Positions 35,993 through 45,126 of a stretch of DNA of 54,990 nt are shown in pieces (within the stretch, counting starts at the first letter, position 1; the number at the start of each line of letters is the position of its first letter). The notes beneath the pieces were generated by a model, which was not told the origin of the DNA, ran no database searches, and worked only from the letters and a program-made list of their open reading frames with translations. The stretch is from a virus (taxonomy: Duplodnaviria > Caudoviricetes), in IMG/VR virus record IMGVR_UViG_3300049098_000031, positions 1-54,990 of that record; one strand, given 5' to 3'. The position numbers were made by a program, and so were the translations under genes.

Positions 35993-37813
35993 TTAGCCTC
36001 CAAATAGCGCCCCGTACTGGGCGATGATTTGCTGCGCGAACTCAGGGTCTTTTTCCTGTACGCGCTGAACGAGCGAGGCGTACTCTTCTGGCGTCAGATT
36101 GGAATTCGCAAGTTGCTGCTCAATAAACTGGCGATCCATACCAAAGACAGTGTTCTCGGCTTCTTGCGCCTCGCGTGCGGCGCGAGCGGCAGCCTCGTCG
36201 AGCTGTGTCTGGATACGGTCACGGTTGCCACCGAGCATACGCGAGATCGCGTCGAGTTCGTCCATGGCTGTCATTGCGCCGTACTGATCCTGTTCCTGAG
36301 CGAGTGAATCGTACAGTGATTGCATCTTGTCGACGTCTTCCATGCCGTAAAAGCTGGTGTCTTCGACTTGACCAAGCAGGTCTTGAGCGCGGCCCTCGAT
36401 ACCACCACGGTACGTGTCGAGTTCGCCAAGGCGGCCACGAATGGAGTCGGCCAATGACTGAATCTGATCACGATCTTGCGAAACCTGTCCGCCGGTGTAC
36501 TGACCAAGTTGCATGAGCTGGGTGTTCAGGTCGTCGAGTTGGCCGCGCATGCCCTGCTCGTCCCACAGGTCAAGGCCCATGGCCGCATCACGTGCTTGCT
36601 GCGCGTTACCTACGATGTCGCCAATGGCGTTGCGGCGCTCCTGAAAACGAGAGTCCAGCATCTCTTCGATTCCTGTCAGATCGTTGAGCTGTGCGCTGAA
36701 ATCTGCCTCAAGCGGCGAATCGAATCCCTGCATCTGACGACGCAGTTGCTCGACTTGGTTGCGCATGTTGTCGAAAGACGAGCCTGAGTTCAGGTTGACT
36801 TCCGGGGCCTTGCGCAGCATTTCTTCTATGGTCAATCCGAAGTTTTTACCTGCCTGATTGATGCGCTTTTCCTCGGACGTACGCTTGTCACGCAGTGCAT
36901 CGATCTGCGTATCGAGGTTGCCGAACTTGGCAATCGATGCGCCGAAGTCGGCGTTGAGCGGCGAATTGAAGTTCATCGCCTCGCGGGCCTTCATGGCGAC
37001 GGCTTCGTCGAGTGCGTTGATCTGGTCGAGGTCGTTGACCGTCAGGTCGCCGAACTGCTGTCCGAAATCCATCAGGGAGTTCTGGAGCGTGTTGCGGTAG
37101 TCGGATACGCGACCCTGCTCTGACGAGTACGTGTTGCGCTGCTCTTGCAGCCAGTCGTTGAATGAGTTCAGGCCAGACTCTACGCCGCCAAAGCTGGCGT
37201 CATCCAGCTTCGACTGATAGCCGCCAAACTGGTTTTGTATCTCGCCGAACCGGTTGGCCAGAGAATCAAGAGCGCCGCTGCGGTAGATGTCGGTGCCGCT
37301 TGAGGTGTTCCACAGGTTAGAAAGGGAGGTGTTCATCTGGTTACGGAAGCGCGAGTCAGCACTCAACGCATCCTGACGCTGGTCAAGAAGCCCTTCATAC
37401 TGGCCGAACATTCCCTCGATGTCGTTCAGAAGCGTGTTGCGATAATCGTTGTCGACGCTCATCAAGTTCGGCGTATCGAGCGATACCATCTCGCCGTACG
37501 AACTGATCATGGAAGGCATGTCCGGGGCGGCAACCTCGAAGTCGTTACGCAGCACATTGTTGCGCAAACCTTGCAGGTCTGTACGCCAGTCACCGAAATC
37601 ATTGACGTTGTTAAGATCAATATCCTGAAAACGGCTGCCAATCGAATCGAAGCTCTCGCCGAAGTTCAGCAGACTATCGTTGAAGCTGTTGACCTGCTCG
37701 TTGTACTTGTCTGCCTCTTCCTGCCTGCGTGCGTTTTCGCCAGCAACGAACGACTGTCGCTGATTGGTGTAGTCCGGCGGCGGCGGCGGCGCTGGCGAGC
37801 TATACATGCCCAT
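35993..37813 (-). CDS. putative internal virion protein (606 aa)
   Basis: MGMYSSPAPPPPPDY start; ~80-aa helical repeats; GGAG before ATG 37813. Confidence 0.7.
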   Translation of the reverse strand: MGMYSSPAPPPPPDYTNQRQSFVAGENARRQEEADKYNEQVNSFNDSLLNFGESFDSIGSRFQDIDLNNVNDFGDWRTDLQGLRNNVLRNDFEVAAPDMPSMISSYGEMVSLDTPNLMSVDNDYRNTLLNDIEGMFGQYEGLLDQRQDALSADSRFRNQMNTSLSNLWNTSSGTDIYRSGALDSLANRFGEIQNQFGGYQSKLDDASFGGVESGLNSFNDWLQEQRNTYSSEQGRVSDYRNTLQNSLMDFGQQFGDLTVNDLDQINALDEAVAMKAREAMNFNSPLNADFGASIAKFGNLDTQIDALRDKRTSEEKRINQAGKNFGLTIEEMLRKAPEVNLNSGSSFDNMRNQVEQLRRQMQGFDSPLEADFSAQLNDLTGIEEMLDSRFQERRNAIGDIVGNAQQARDAAMGLDLWDEQGMRGQLDDLNTQLMQLGQYTGGQVSQDRDQIQSLADSIRGRLGELDTYRGGIEGRAQDLLGQVEDTSFYGMEDVDKMQSLYDSLAQEQDQYGAMTAMDELDAISRMLGGNRDRIQTQLDEAAARAAREAQEAENTVFGMDRQFIEQQLANSNLTPEEYASLVQRVQEKDPEFAQQIIAQYGALFGG

Positions 37814-38273
37814 GTTCTTGCTCCCATTCGGTGAATGTCTCTGGTGACGCAACGTGGCTGAGTTCGTGCAACTCTTCCATCACGCCTCTCGCGTGGTCGT
37901 AGCCACCAACAATGCGTGCGGCTGTACGCAAAATCTCCTGCACGCCCTCGCGATACACGAACGCAAAGATGCGTGATGTCTGGTCGTCGAACTTCTTCCA
38001 ACGCTCGCTGTGTTCCCACTGCATGATGGCGGCTGCCATGGCGCTGGACAATTCGTCCTCGTGGGCGAGGAAGAACGGATTCTTGATCTGCATAATCAAC
38101 GCGCGGTAGAGCAGATGCGCCATGTCCTTGGCGGGGTCTTCAGAGTCTCCGTCGACGATGTTGTCGGCCAGCCGGGTCATGTACGCGATGTTCAGCAGGA
38201 ACTCGGTTGCGTGACGATCACGCTTCATCCATTTCGCGAACAGTTCCTCGAGATTGTCGGCTGGCAAAGGCAT
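37800..38273 (-). CDS. helical protein with DDxxD-like motif (isoprenoid-synthase-like fold?)
   Basis: RLADNIVDGD, NPFF; lies between tail and ejection genes. Confidence 0.55.
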   Translation of the reverse strand: MPLPADNLEELFAKWMKRDRHATEFLLNIAYMTRLADNIVDGDSEDPAKDMAHLLYRALIMQIKNPFFLAHEDELSSAMAAAIMQWEHSERWKKFDDQTSRIFAFVYREGVQEILRTAARIVGGYDHARGVMEELHELSHVASPETFTEWEQEHGHV

Positions 38274-39826
38274 TACTGCGACTGAACCTTGACCGACATG
38301 ACGATGTCGAGGTTGGTCGGAGCCGCTCCGTTCGATACGACAATGCTGACCAGCTTTGAGCTTAGTGTCGCATCGACCGTGATCGGGTTGGACAGGGTGT
38401 CAGATGTCGGAGTATTTGAGACGTTGTACGTACTGCCGACCGGGACACCGTCGATTTCGATCTGAACGTCACATGTTCCAGTGTCTGTACGCAGCTCGAT
38501 TGCGCTAATGATAACTTTCTGTTTGAAGTATCGATTTGCCCTGAACGAGCCGTCTGCAACGCCTCCAGCTTGGTAGACGTTGATCGAGTCGTACGCGATG
38601 GTTTCCGGCATCTGCGCCACAGGGATACGAGCTGAACTGCTGAGGGTAGCAACACCGTTTGCTGCGCCCTTTTGACTCTTCGGGATCAACGAGCTGAAGT
38701 CGACGTCAGAATATTCCAGTTGTGTTCCTGTCGCATCAACTTGCAGAAATTGCAGCGCATTGTTGTCGTCAAACGTCGGAATTGCCGACGCAGGGTTGGC
38801 GGACAGGTACTTGGTGCCGTCGTAGAACTTGAGCTGGTTCGGCGCAACAGATGTGTCAACCCAGAAACGGGTCGCCGGATTTGGCGTACTTGCACCAATC
38901 GTGATGTCTGGCGTAACGGCCAAGGTGGCGACAAGTTGTTCGACCTTGGCCTGCGGTATTTCGTCGTCTTGGATAACCAGCTTGGTGTACGGAATGTACC
39001 CGCTGAGATCGGTGTAGCGAGACTCGATCATCAGCCCGGTGACGTCAACGTCCTCGATTGGCTCTGCGCCAATAATAGCGATCTTGGTGGAGCCGGGAAC
39101 TGCTGTATTGAAAACCACCAAATCGTTGTCAGGGTCGAGGAAGTAATCGAATGTCACGCCCTCTCGCATGAGAACGCCGTTTTTGTACACCTGAATCGAA
39201 GCGTCCCGCGTATGGACAAATCCAAAGTTTGACTTCAGGCCAACCGTCTCCTCGTCGTATCGGGAGATGTCGAAGGTGACGCCATCGTACAGCCTGAAAA
39301 CGGAAATCTTTTCGCCAACGCCAAGGGCCGACAGGAACGTGACGCTTCCGTTACCTCCGGTGCCTCCTGTCGGATTTGAGGTGTAATCGTTACCCGCACC
39401 CTCGGTGAGCAAGAGGCCCTCGCTGTAAACCACGAGTACGTCTCCGGCATCGTGTGCAACGTCAATTTCCGTTTCGCCGCCTGTAGCCGTGAAATCAACC
39501 CTGTCCTGAAATACGGGTTCGCCGATCTGACCGACGTCCTTACCATCGTTGCCGCGAAGCTCATCGACCGGGACGATTGTTTTCCAACCGGTTTCAGGGT
39601 CATTGAATTCGCCAGTGCGGTACTGGATGCCAGATGCGGTATCGAGGCGTAGCTCGACGACGCCATCGAAGTTCCCGTCATCATCGAAGATCGCATCCAG
39701 AAGTTCGGCAATTGTCTTGTTGCCTAATTCTGCGGAGTTCAGGTAGCGTACGACGCTCTCGAACTCCTCGTTGATCTGGCCAGATGAGAAGTAATTCTGG
39801 GCGTTGAGTTGGCGTAGTCTGCTCAT
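38273..39826 (-). CDS. tail-associated protein / short fibre
   Basis: Beta-rich with VYKNGVLM-type modules and GAANGVATL; N-terminus resembles that of the long fibre. Confidence 0.7.
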   Translation of the reverse strand: MSRLRQLNAQNYFSSGQINEEFESVVRYLNSAELGNKTIAELLDAIFDDDGNFDGVVELRLDTASGIQYRTGEFNDPETGWKTIVPVDELRGNDGKDVGQIGEPVFQDRVDFTATGGETEIDVAHDAGDVLVVYSEGLLLTEGAGNDYTSNPTGGTGGNGSVTFLSALGVGEKISVFRLYDGVTFDISRYDEETVGLKSNFGFVHTRDASIQVYKNGVLMREGVTFDYFLDPDNDLVVFNTAVPGSTKIAIIGAEPIEDVDVTGLMIESRYTDLSGYIPYTKLVIQDDEIPQAKVEQLVATLAVTPDITIGASTPNPATRFWVDTSVAPNQLKFYDGTKYLSANPASAIPTFDDNNALQFLQVDATGTQLEYSDVDFSSLIPKSQKGAANGVATLSSSARIPVAQMPETIAYDSINVYQAGGVADGSFRANRYFKQKVIISAIELRTDTGTCDVQIEIDGVPVGSTYNVSNTPTSDTLSNPITVDATLSSKLVSIVVSNGAAPTNLDIVMSVKVQSQ

Positions 39827-39827
39827 G

Positions 39828-41339
39828 TCATCTCTGCCTTACGTTAAAACCGACTGCAAGGATACGAATCAGACCCTTGCCCTTCGATGTGAGCTTGACG
39901 CGCACACCACGATAGATCGCCTCGAACTTGCGTTCGTACTGCTTTGATATAGGATTATCGGGGAATTTCGCGTCTTCATCGTCCTTGATCTCAAGGTTGA
40001 ACGCGTCAAGTAATTCGTCTTCCTCGTTGAGGATTTCAACCATCAGGTCGCCCTGACCGGTCGCGTGCAGGAAAAAGCTGTGCGCAGCCTTGTCCTCGGT
40101 CATGGAACCCTGCCACGAAATCGGCGTCTTGATCTCCATCGCAACGTCTGACAACGCCTCCAGATCATCCTCGATGTCGAAGATTTCATGGATGCCGCCA
40201 TACCCGCCAAGGACAAAACGACCTCCAAGAACGTCTCCGCAGCGAGCATTGAGGTAGTCGCCGCTCGACCACTTTTCAGGAACCTCCTGCTGTTGGCTCA
40301 TATTAACGGTCAGGCGTTTTGAGACGCGGTCACTGATTGGAAAGAAAATGTGGTACTGGCTGTTTTCCTGATCCCAAACGGCGGAAATCTGCTCCTTGTT
40401 TGTAACCTGCTTGAGAAGGCGACGGTACTCAATGTCAACTCGGCTGGATAACAGGCTTGCGTACACGAGGATGCCGTTTTCGCGTGAGCGCATGATCGTG
40501 TGAACGCCGCGCTCTGAGCAGAAAACAAGGTCGGTGCCAGCCTGCACGATGGTGTTGTGCGAGATTGTACCGATGTTGATGTTGGCGCGTTCATCGAGTT
40601 GCCAGTTATTGATGTCCGGGTCGATGACGTAGATGAGCGTACGGTTGCGGGTGAAGATCGCCAAGCGATTCTGCTCGAACCCGGCGATACCCGTGATCTT
40701 GTCGGCTGTACCAAGCAGGTTGCCGATCTCGATCTTGCCGCCGCGCAGGACGTTCTCTTCGTTCGGGTCTTCGTCGTCGGCGAATACGTCGTACGTGTCT
40801 ACGCGCGTAAGCTGGACTTCCGTATCTCTGCCCAGCAGTCCGGCGACCACAAGGCGGCGCTGCACGGAACAGCAGTACGCAGGCGCGAGGACTTCCATGG
40901 CGCTGGAATCGTTGCGCTGGAAGGATGCTCCGTCGTAGACGTACATGTAGCTGTTCTTGGAACAGAAGTGGGCGCTATTCGAGAAGATTGTCGAGGTGAC
41001 GGCGACGTTTTTGTCGTATACGTCTTCAGCAACGTGGCCACGGTCGGACTTGAGGGAGATTTTGTAGTCGGTCGATTCGGCAAATGCGACGTTGGTTTCG
41101 TCGTCCCTGTTGCCGTAGAAGCGTACGTGAGTCACAAGTCCTGCGTTGACAACACGTCTGCCAGCAGGCGACCGGATGATCTGGCCACGCCAGTCGCAGT
41201 ACGCGTTGTTGCAGACGGACAGGGTCTGCTCTTTCTGGTTGTCTTGGGCGGTGACGTCGGTGCTTGAATCAAGCCCCATGAAGTTGGACATCACGAATGG
41301 CTTTACCTTGACGCCCGGTGGAGACTTGAAGCTGGCCAT
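39828..41339 (-). CDS. tail nozzle / DNA stabilisation protein (P22 gp10 or T7 gp12 slot)
   Basis: FMGLD start, beta-propeller-like IGTISHNTIV..LVFCS.RGV; follows the adaptor. Confidence 0.7.
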   Translation of the reverse strand: MASFKSPPGVKVKPFVMSNFMGLDSSTDVTAQDNQKEQTLSVCNNAYCDWRGQIIRSPAGRRVVNAGLVTHVRFYGNRDDETNVAFAESTDYKISLKSDRGHVAEDVYDKNVAVTSTIFSNSAHFCSKNSYMYVYDGASFQRNDSSAMEVLAPAYCCSVQRRLVVAGLLGRDTEVQLTRVDTYDVFADDEDPNEENVLRGGKIEIGNLLGTADKITGIAGFEQNRLAIFTRNRTLIYVIDPDINNWQLDERANINIGTISHNTIVQAGTDLVFCSERGVHTIMRSRENGILVYASLLSSRVDIEYRRLLKQVTNKEQISAVWDQENSQYHIFFPISDRVSKRLTVNMSQQQEVPEKWSSGDYLNARCGDVLGGRFVLGGYGGIHEIFDIEDDLEALSDVAMEIKTPISWQGSMTEDKAAHSFFLHATGQGDLMVEILNEEDELLDAFNLEIKDDEDAKFPDNPISKQYERKFEAIYRGVRVKLTSKGKGLIRILAVGFNVRQR

Positions 41340-41812
41340 CAGTCGCTATCGCTCTTTAATTCCTCGTCGGTCAGCCCGTTGGTGACGCTTGTTTCCGACG
41401 AGCCGTCTTTGTTGGAGCCGCCATCCATCGGACGCATCTTGATGGCCGTGTTGCCGTTGATGTCGTGCCACATGATCTGATTCATGGCCTTGAAGTACAT
41501 GGCTTGATACCCGGGCGTCTTCTCGGACATCTGCTGGAAAGAGTAGTGCGCAAGCAGTCCAAGCAGCATGATCTGATCGGGGATGGGACGCGCCTCGTTG
41601 GCGCTCTTGTAATATTCGATCTTACGACCGTCGTAATACGGATGTGAACGGTAGTCCTCGATCACCATGTTGGCGAATTCGATGAACATGTTTGTCACAA
41701 CCCCGTCAACGGATTGTGGAGAGAAATCCCCGAAGCGACGAATTGCGCTCTTGATCAGCGTATCAAGCGGCGCGTAATCGTCGCGGATGTGGGGAAAGTT
41801 CTGCTCGGCCAT
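41339..41812 (-). CDS. putative head-tail adaptor
   Basis: Helical, LIKSAIRRFG; position after capsid. Confidence 0.55.
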   Translation of the reverse strand: MAEQNFPHIRDDYAPLDTLIKSAIRRFGDFSPQSVDGVVTNMFIEFANMVIEDYRSHPYYDGRKIEYYKSANEARPIPDQIMLLGLLAHYSFQQMSEKTPGYQAMYFKAMNQIMWHDINGNTAIKMRPMDGGSNKDGSSETSVTNGLTDEELKSDSD

Positions 41813-42087
41813 CAGTCTTTAACACGCAACACTCGACCACGGGCGACGTGGAAATGGCGCTCAAACGCCTCGGCTTTGTCGCCGGGTACGTGCCATTCGC
41901 ATCGTCCGGGGTGTTCGACATTGCGGCGAGCGCGGATGCCGTTGATCTGGAATTCTCGCGGCTCGCTGTTGCGGCTGCGGAAAACGACAACAGAAGGCGT
42001 TGCTACCTTCCTCGTCTTGCGGGCTGTCTTTTTTGGAGCGGCTTCTTCTTGCACTTCTTCTTCATGGGTAATCTCTTCGTCGGCCAT
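41812..42087 (-). CDS. hypothetical protein downstream of capsid (91 aa)
   Basis: GAGGA before MADEEI start. Confidence 0.7.
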   Translation of the reverse strand: MADEEITHEEEVQEEAAPKKTARKTRKVATPSVVVFRSRNSEPREFQINGIRARRNVEHPGRCEWHVPGDKAEAFERHFHVARGRVLRVKD

Positions 42088-42114
42088 GTCAGAGTCCTCA
42101 TCTGGATGTTGGTA

Positions 42115-42145
42115 AGGATAAAACGTACGCGTCGCGCAGTCGTCC
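42115..42145 (-). promoter_or_regulatory. phage late-promoter motif
   Basis: GGACGAC-N18-TATCCT directly after the capsid terminator. Confidence 0.7.
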
Positions 42146-42154
42146 TCATTGTAC

Positions 42155-42180
42155 AGACAAAACCCCGCCGAAGCGGGGTC
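42155..42180 (-). terminator. Rho-independent terminator after the major capsid gene
   Basis: GACCCCGC-TTCG-GCGGGGTT-TTGTCT. Confidence 0.85.
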
Positions 42181-42205
42181 TTGCATCACTGTTACACGTC
42201 AGCGA

Positions 42206-43387
42206 TTAACCAAGGGTAGTCCACCCTTTCAGGTAGTGGTGAACCTTGTCTTGGGTCAGCTCAAGGCCACATTCAGTCATGTACTCTGACTTCTTGCGGT
42301 CTTCGCCGTTGCCCTGACGATTCTCCAGCAGCGCGGTGTCACGACCATCCATGTACCTGTACTTCAGGAACGGGAAGTCGATCATGACCATGCTGTCGGT
42401 CATGCCCGGAATACGGCGGAACTGCGGGTGCAGGTGAACCAGAAGGTCGCCAGCGAAGGTGCGGTAACGGGTGAAGTTCACACCGTACGAGCCTTCAACT
42501 TGGGTCGGGTTCCAGCGGTTCTTGCCGATGGCCTGCATGTGACCAGCGATGGTCGGGCCAACAAAGCACAGCTTTTCCTTGCTGCCGTACGCGAAGACAG
42601 TGTCGATCAGGAAGCGGTCGAACTCGTCCTCGGTGACGGTGTTGGCAGCGCCGAAGCCGGAAGCTGCATCGGTAACGCCAGTGATCTCGTTGATGAAGCC
42701 ACCAGTGTAACGAAGCGGCTCTGCCGTGTTTTCGTCAGTGATGTGCTTGGTGCCGAAGATCATTGCACGCTCGATGTCGCCCATGTGCAGCTTGAGCGCC
42801 TTCTCCTGAGCCTCTGCGTACTTGTCGCCAGTACGGAGGTAGGTCTTGTCCAGAGTGCCCGAGACGGAGAACGCCGTACGGAAAATCTGGGTGAAGTTGA
42901 AGGCGATGACTGCGTCGAACGAGATCGGGGTGGGCGTGTCCGCGCCTTCCTTCGCCGCGAAGCCAGCTACGAAAAGCTCTGCTCCATTTGCGATTTGGTG
43001 CGTGGTGCCACCGACGTTACGAGTAACGACGACCGTGGTGTTTGTCGAGGAAGTCGTGACGTGCATGACTTCGCCAGTTTCCGAGTTGATCAGGATTGCG
43101 CCAGCGATGGCGAACTTGTTTTCCTCGGAATCGGCGAGAGTGATCGTGGTGGTGACTGCGTCAGCGATAGCGCCGTTGACAGTCATGACGCGATCAGGAA
43201 GCTCGTCACGGAAGTTGTTGTATTTGGGGTCGTCGGTGGACTCGCTCGATGCCATGGCAAGCAGGGCGTTGAGAGGAGCGTCACCGTTCGGCTCCAGCAT
43301 TGTGAACATTTCGCGGTAATTCGTTGGCCGATGATCGGTATCGAACTGGCCAGTGCCGCGAAGACCTTGAATACCAGCTACAGGCAT
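42206..43387 (-). CDS. major capsid protein (DUF5309 / SU10-like)
   Basis: NFTQIFRTAFSVSGT, KALKLH..DIERAMIFG, RYTGG, TECGLE; own promoter and terminator; follows scaffold. Confidence 0.88.
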   Translation of the reverse strand: MPVAGIQGLRGTGQFDTDHRPTNYREMFTMLEPNGDAPLNALLAMASSESTDDPKYNNFRDELPDRVMTVNGAIADAVTTTITLADSEENKFAIAGAILINSETGEVMHVTTSSTNTTVVVTRNVGGTTHQIANGAELFVAGFAAKEGADTPTPISFDAVIAFNFTQIFRTAFSVSGTLDKTYLRTGDKYAEAQEKALKLHMGDIERAMIFGTKHITDENTAEPLRYTGGFINEITGVTDAASGFGAANTVTEDEFDRFLIDTVFAYGSKEKLCFVGPTIAGHMQAIGKNRWNPTQVEGSYGVNFTRYRTFAGDLLVHLHPQFRRIPGMTDSMVMIDFPFLKYRYMDGRDTALLENRQGNGEDRKKSEYMTECGLELTQDKVHHYLKGWTTLG

Positions 43388-43520
43388 GTCAATTCTCCAA
43401 AATAATGGTCAGATTTACAGGTTCGTTATGCGTGGAATAACCATCACGCGTAACTCTTTGCGGCAACTTCACACGGCGGAATTACCATCGCTTATGTGTG
43501 TTTCGTTTTGCAACGAGTTA
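43388..43520 (-). promoter_or_regulatory. structured ~130-nt 5' leader of the capsid mRNA
   Basis: TAACTC/GAGTTA, TTGC/GCAA and CACAC/GTGTG nested stems, then GCGTG/CACGC hairpin before the GGAG RBS. Confidence 0.45.
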
Positions 43521-43525
43521 GGTGA

Positions 43526-43556
43526 AATGTACATGCTGCGGCAGGGGTTGTAATCC
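43526..43556 (-). promoter_or_regulatory. phage late-promoter motif (variant)
   Basis: GGATTAC-N18-TACATT directly after the scaffold terminator. Confidence 0.6.
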
Positions 43557-43565
43557 CCTTTTCGC

Positions 43566-43594
43566 AAAAAAAAGACCCGTCATGAAGACGGGCC
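43566..43594 (-). terminator. Rho-independent terminator after the scaffold gene
   Basis: GGCCCGTC-TTCAT-GACGGGTC-T8. Confidence 0.9.
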
Positions 43595-43602
43595 AAGCGG
43601 TT

Positions 43603-43647
43603 GAGGAAAACCGGATGAGGAGTTGACGTCCGGTGGGGGTATTCCTC
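43603..43647 (-). ncRNA. 3'-UTR hairpin with anti-Shine-Dalgarno loop (candidate sRNA)
   Basis: GAGGAA/TTCCTC and ACCGGA/TCCGGT stems; loop CGTCAACTCCTCA. Confidence 0.4.
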
Positions 43648-43651
43648 GGGG

Positions 43652-44641
43652 TTACATTCTACGCTTCATGGCGCGGTTGATCATCCCTTCAAGATTCGGA
43701 TCAACCCCTTCGTTTGCAGGGCCACCCTGACCGGGCTGGGTTTCAGAAGTGCCGGTGAACGCTTGACGGCGCTGGGCCATGTCTTGCAGACGCCCGAACT
43801 CGCCAGCGTTGGCGCTGTTCTTGAAGTCCTGCGCGACTTTGAGGGCCAGCATCGGGTCGATGAAGTCCTCCATCACGTAGCCACGTTCGGCAGCAAAGTT
43901 CATGAAGTCCTGCGCCTTCTCGTCAGGCAGGCCGAGCTTTTGCTGCACCTGATTCAGGTTGTTGGCGATGCGCTGCTTGGTTGCGTTGACCATCTGGCCA
44001 CGTGCGTCCTGTGAAGCGGCTTTCGCGCCGTCTACCATGCCGCGTGACTGGCCCATCATCTGATTCATCATCTGCATCATCTGATTCATCTGTTGCTGGA
44101 CAGCCTGTGTCTGGCCAAACATGTCCTTGTACCCGGGCGGCAGGGATGCTGCGTTGTCCTTCTCCCACTGCTCGAACTGAGAGGAGATTTCAGATGCGCC
44201 CTGTACGGGAGCCTTCTGCTCGTTGGGGCGCTCATCTGGGCCGCCCTGTTGCAGGGGCTGGTTGGCCATCTGGATGAATCCCTTGACCAACTGGTCTGGC
44301 GTCATGCCGGGGTTACGCTTGAGCATTTCGGTAGCAAGGCCGAGTACGGGGCGCATGTAATCGTTGGCCTGATTCATCTTGCCGTAGCGCTCCATCATGC
44401 CCTTGAGCTGGGCTTCAGTGAGTTCGCGCTCACCGTCTTCCATCTTCACCTTGTACGTGACAGGAGATTCTTGGGCCTTGTCGCCCTCGGTTACTGGAGC
44501 GCCCTCTGTCTGGGCCTTGTCCATCGCGGTGTCTGTTTCAGGTTGCGGTTGTGCCGGGCCGGGTTGTTGCGGTTGGCCAAGCGCGCGGTTCGCCATCTGT
44601 TCGATGGCTGCCTGTTGAGCTTCAGGGCTTTGTTTTTCCAT
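43652..44641 (-). CDS. capsid scaffolding protein
   Basis: Q/P-rich helical protein, TYKVKMEDGERELT motif, directly upstream of capsid. Confidence 0.8.
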   Translation of the reverse strand: MEKQSPEAQQAAIEQMANRALGQPQQPGPAQPQPETDTAMDKAQTEGAPVTEGDKAQESPVTYKVKMEDGERELTEAQLKGMMERYGKMNQANDYMRPVLGLATEMLKRNPGMTPDQLVKGFIQMANQPLQQGGPDERPNEQKAPVQGASEISSQFEQWEKDNAASLPPGYKDMFGQTQAVQQQMNQMMQMMNQMMGQSRGMVDGAKAASQDARGQMVNATKQRIANNLNQVQQKLGLPDEKAQDFMNFAAERGYVMEDFIDPMLALKVAQDFKNSANAGEFGRLQDMAQRRQAFTGTSETQPGQGGPANEGVDPNLEGMINRAMKRRM

Positions 44642-44651
44642 TGGTGTTCAC

Positions 44652-44936
44652 CTATGTGTCTTCGTCTGTATTGCTCGTATCGAGCGCGAGGTTCGTTTCG
44701 TAAATCGAGTGCAGTTGCCGTGGCAACTTCTCGAAGTTGTCCGTCGCAAAAATAGCACCGCGACGGTAGTGCATCTCGGCCTCGGTCATGTCGGGATTTG
44801 TGCCCAAACCACGTACCGCATCCATCATGTCCTTTTCCAAGTACGCCTTGATGAGCGCCCATCCAAGAGACTTTTCCAAATCGTGCAGCGCCTTGACGGC
44901 ATCGCGCGGCTTGATAGTGTCTAGTATCGATGACAT
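44652..44936 (-). CDS. small head-module protein
   Basis: SLGWALIK...YRRGAI pattern as in small genes usually found between portal and scaffold. Confidence 0.65.
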   Translation of the reverse strand: MSSILDTIKPRDAVKALHDLEKSLGWALIKAYLEKDMMDAVRGLGTNPDMTEAEMHYRRGAIFATDNFEKLPRQLHSIYETNLALDTSNTDEDT

Positions 44937-44949
44937 GTTGGGGTTCTGT

Positions 44950-45126
44950 CTACTTGCTGAATTTCTTGAGGATAGCATGACCCTGCTTTATTGCACGCTC
45001 GCGAGCGTTTTTTCCGCAATATCGGCGACCAGTGACGCCGAATCGCCAGCATTGGCGGCCCCATTGATCGCGCCCAGCTTCGCTGACCTTGCTGAGTACG
45101 TGTTCGTGCGCTTCCTTCTTGGTCAT
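44950..45126 (-). CDS. small basic hypothetical protein (58 aa)
   Basis: ATGA-coupled to the o-spanin stop; WRFGVTGRRY..A.KQG.AI. Confidence 0.6.
   Translation of the reverse strand: MTKKEAHEHVLSKVSEAGRDQWGRQCWRFGVTGRRYCGKNARERAIKQGHAILKKFSK

Noticed and set aside
43509-43521. 13-bp match CTAACTCGTTGCA between the capsid leader and 1165-1177
   Set aside because: Many 13-mer matches are expected by chance in 55 kb; no shared context
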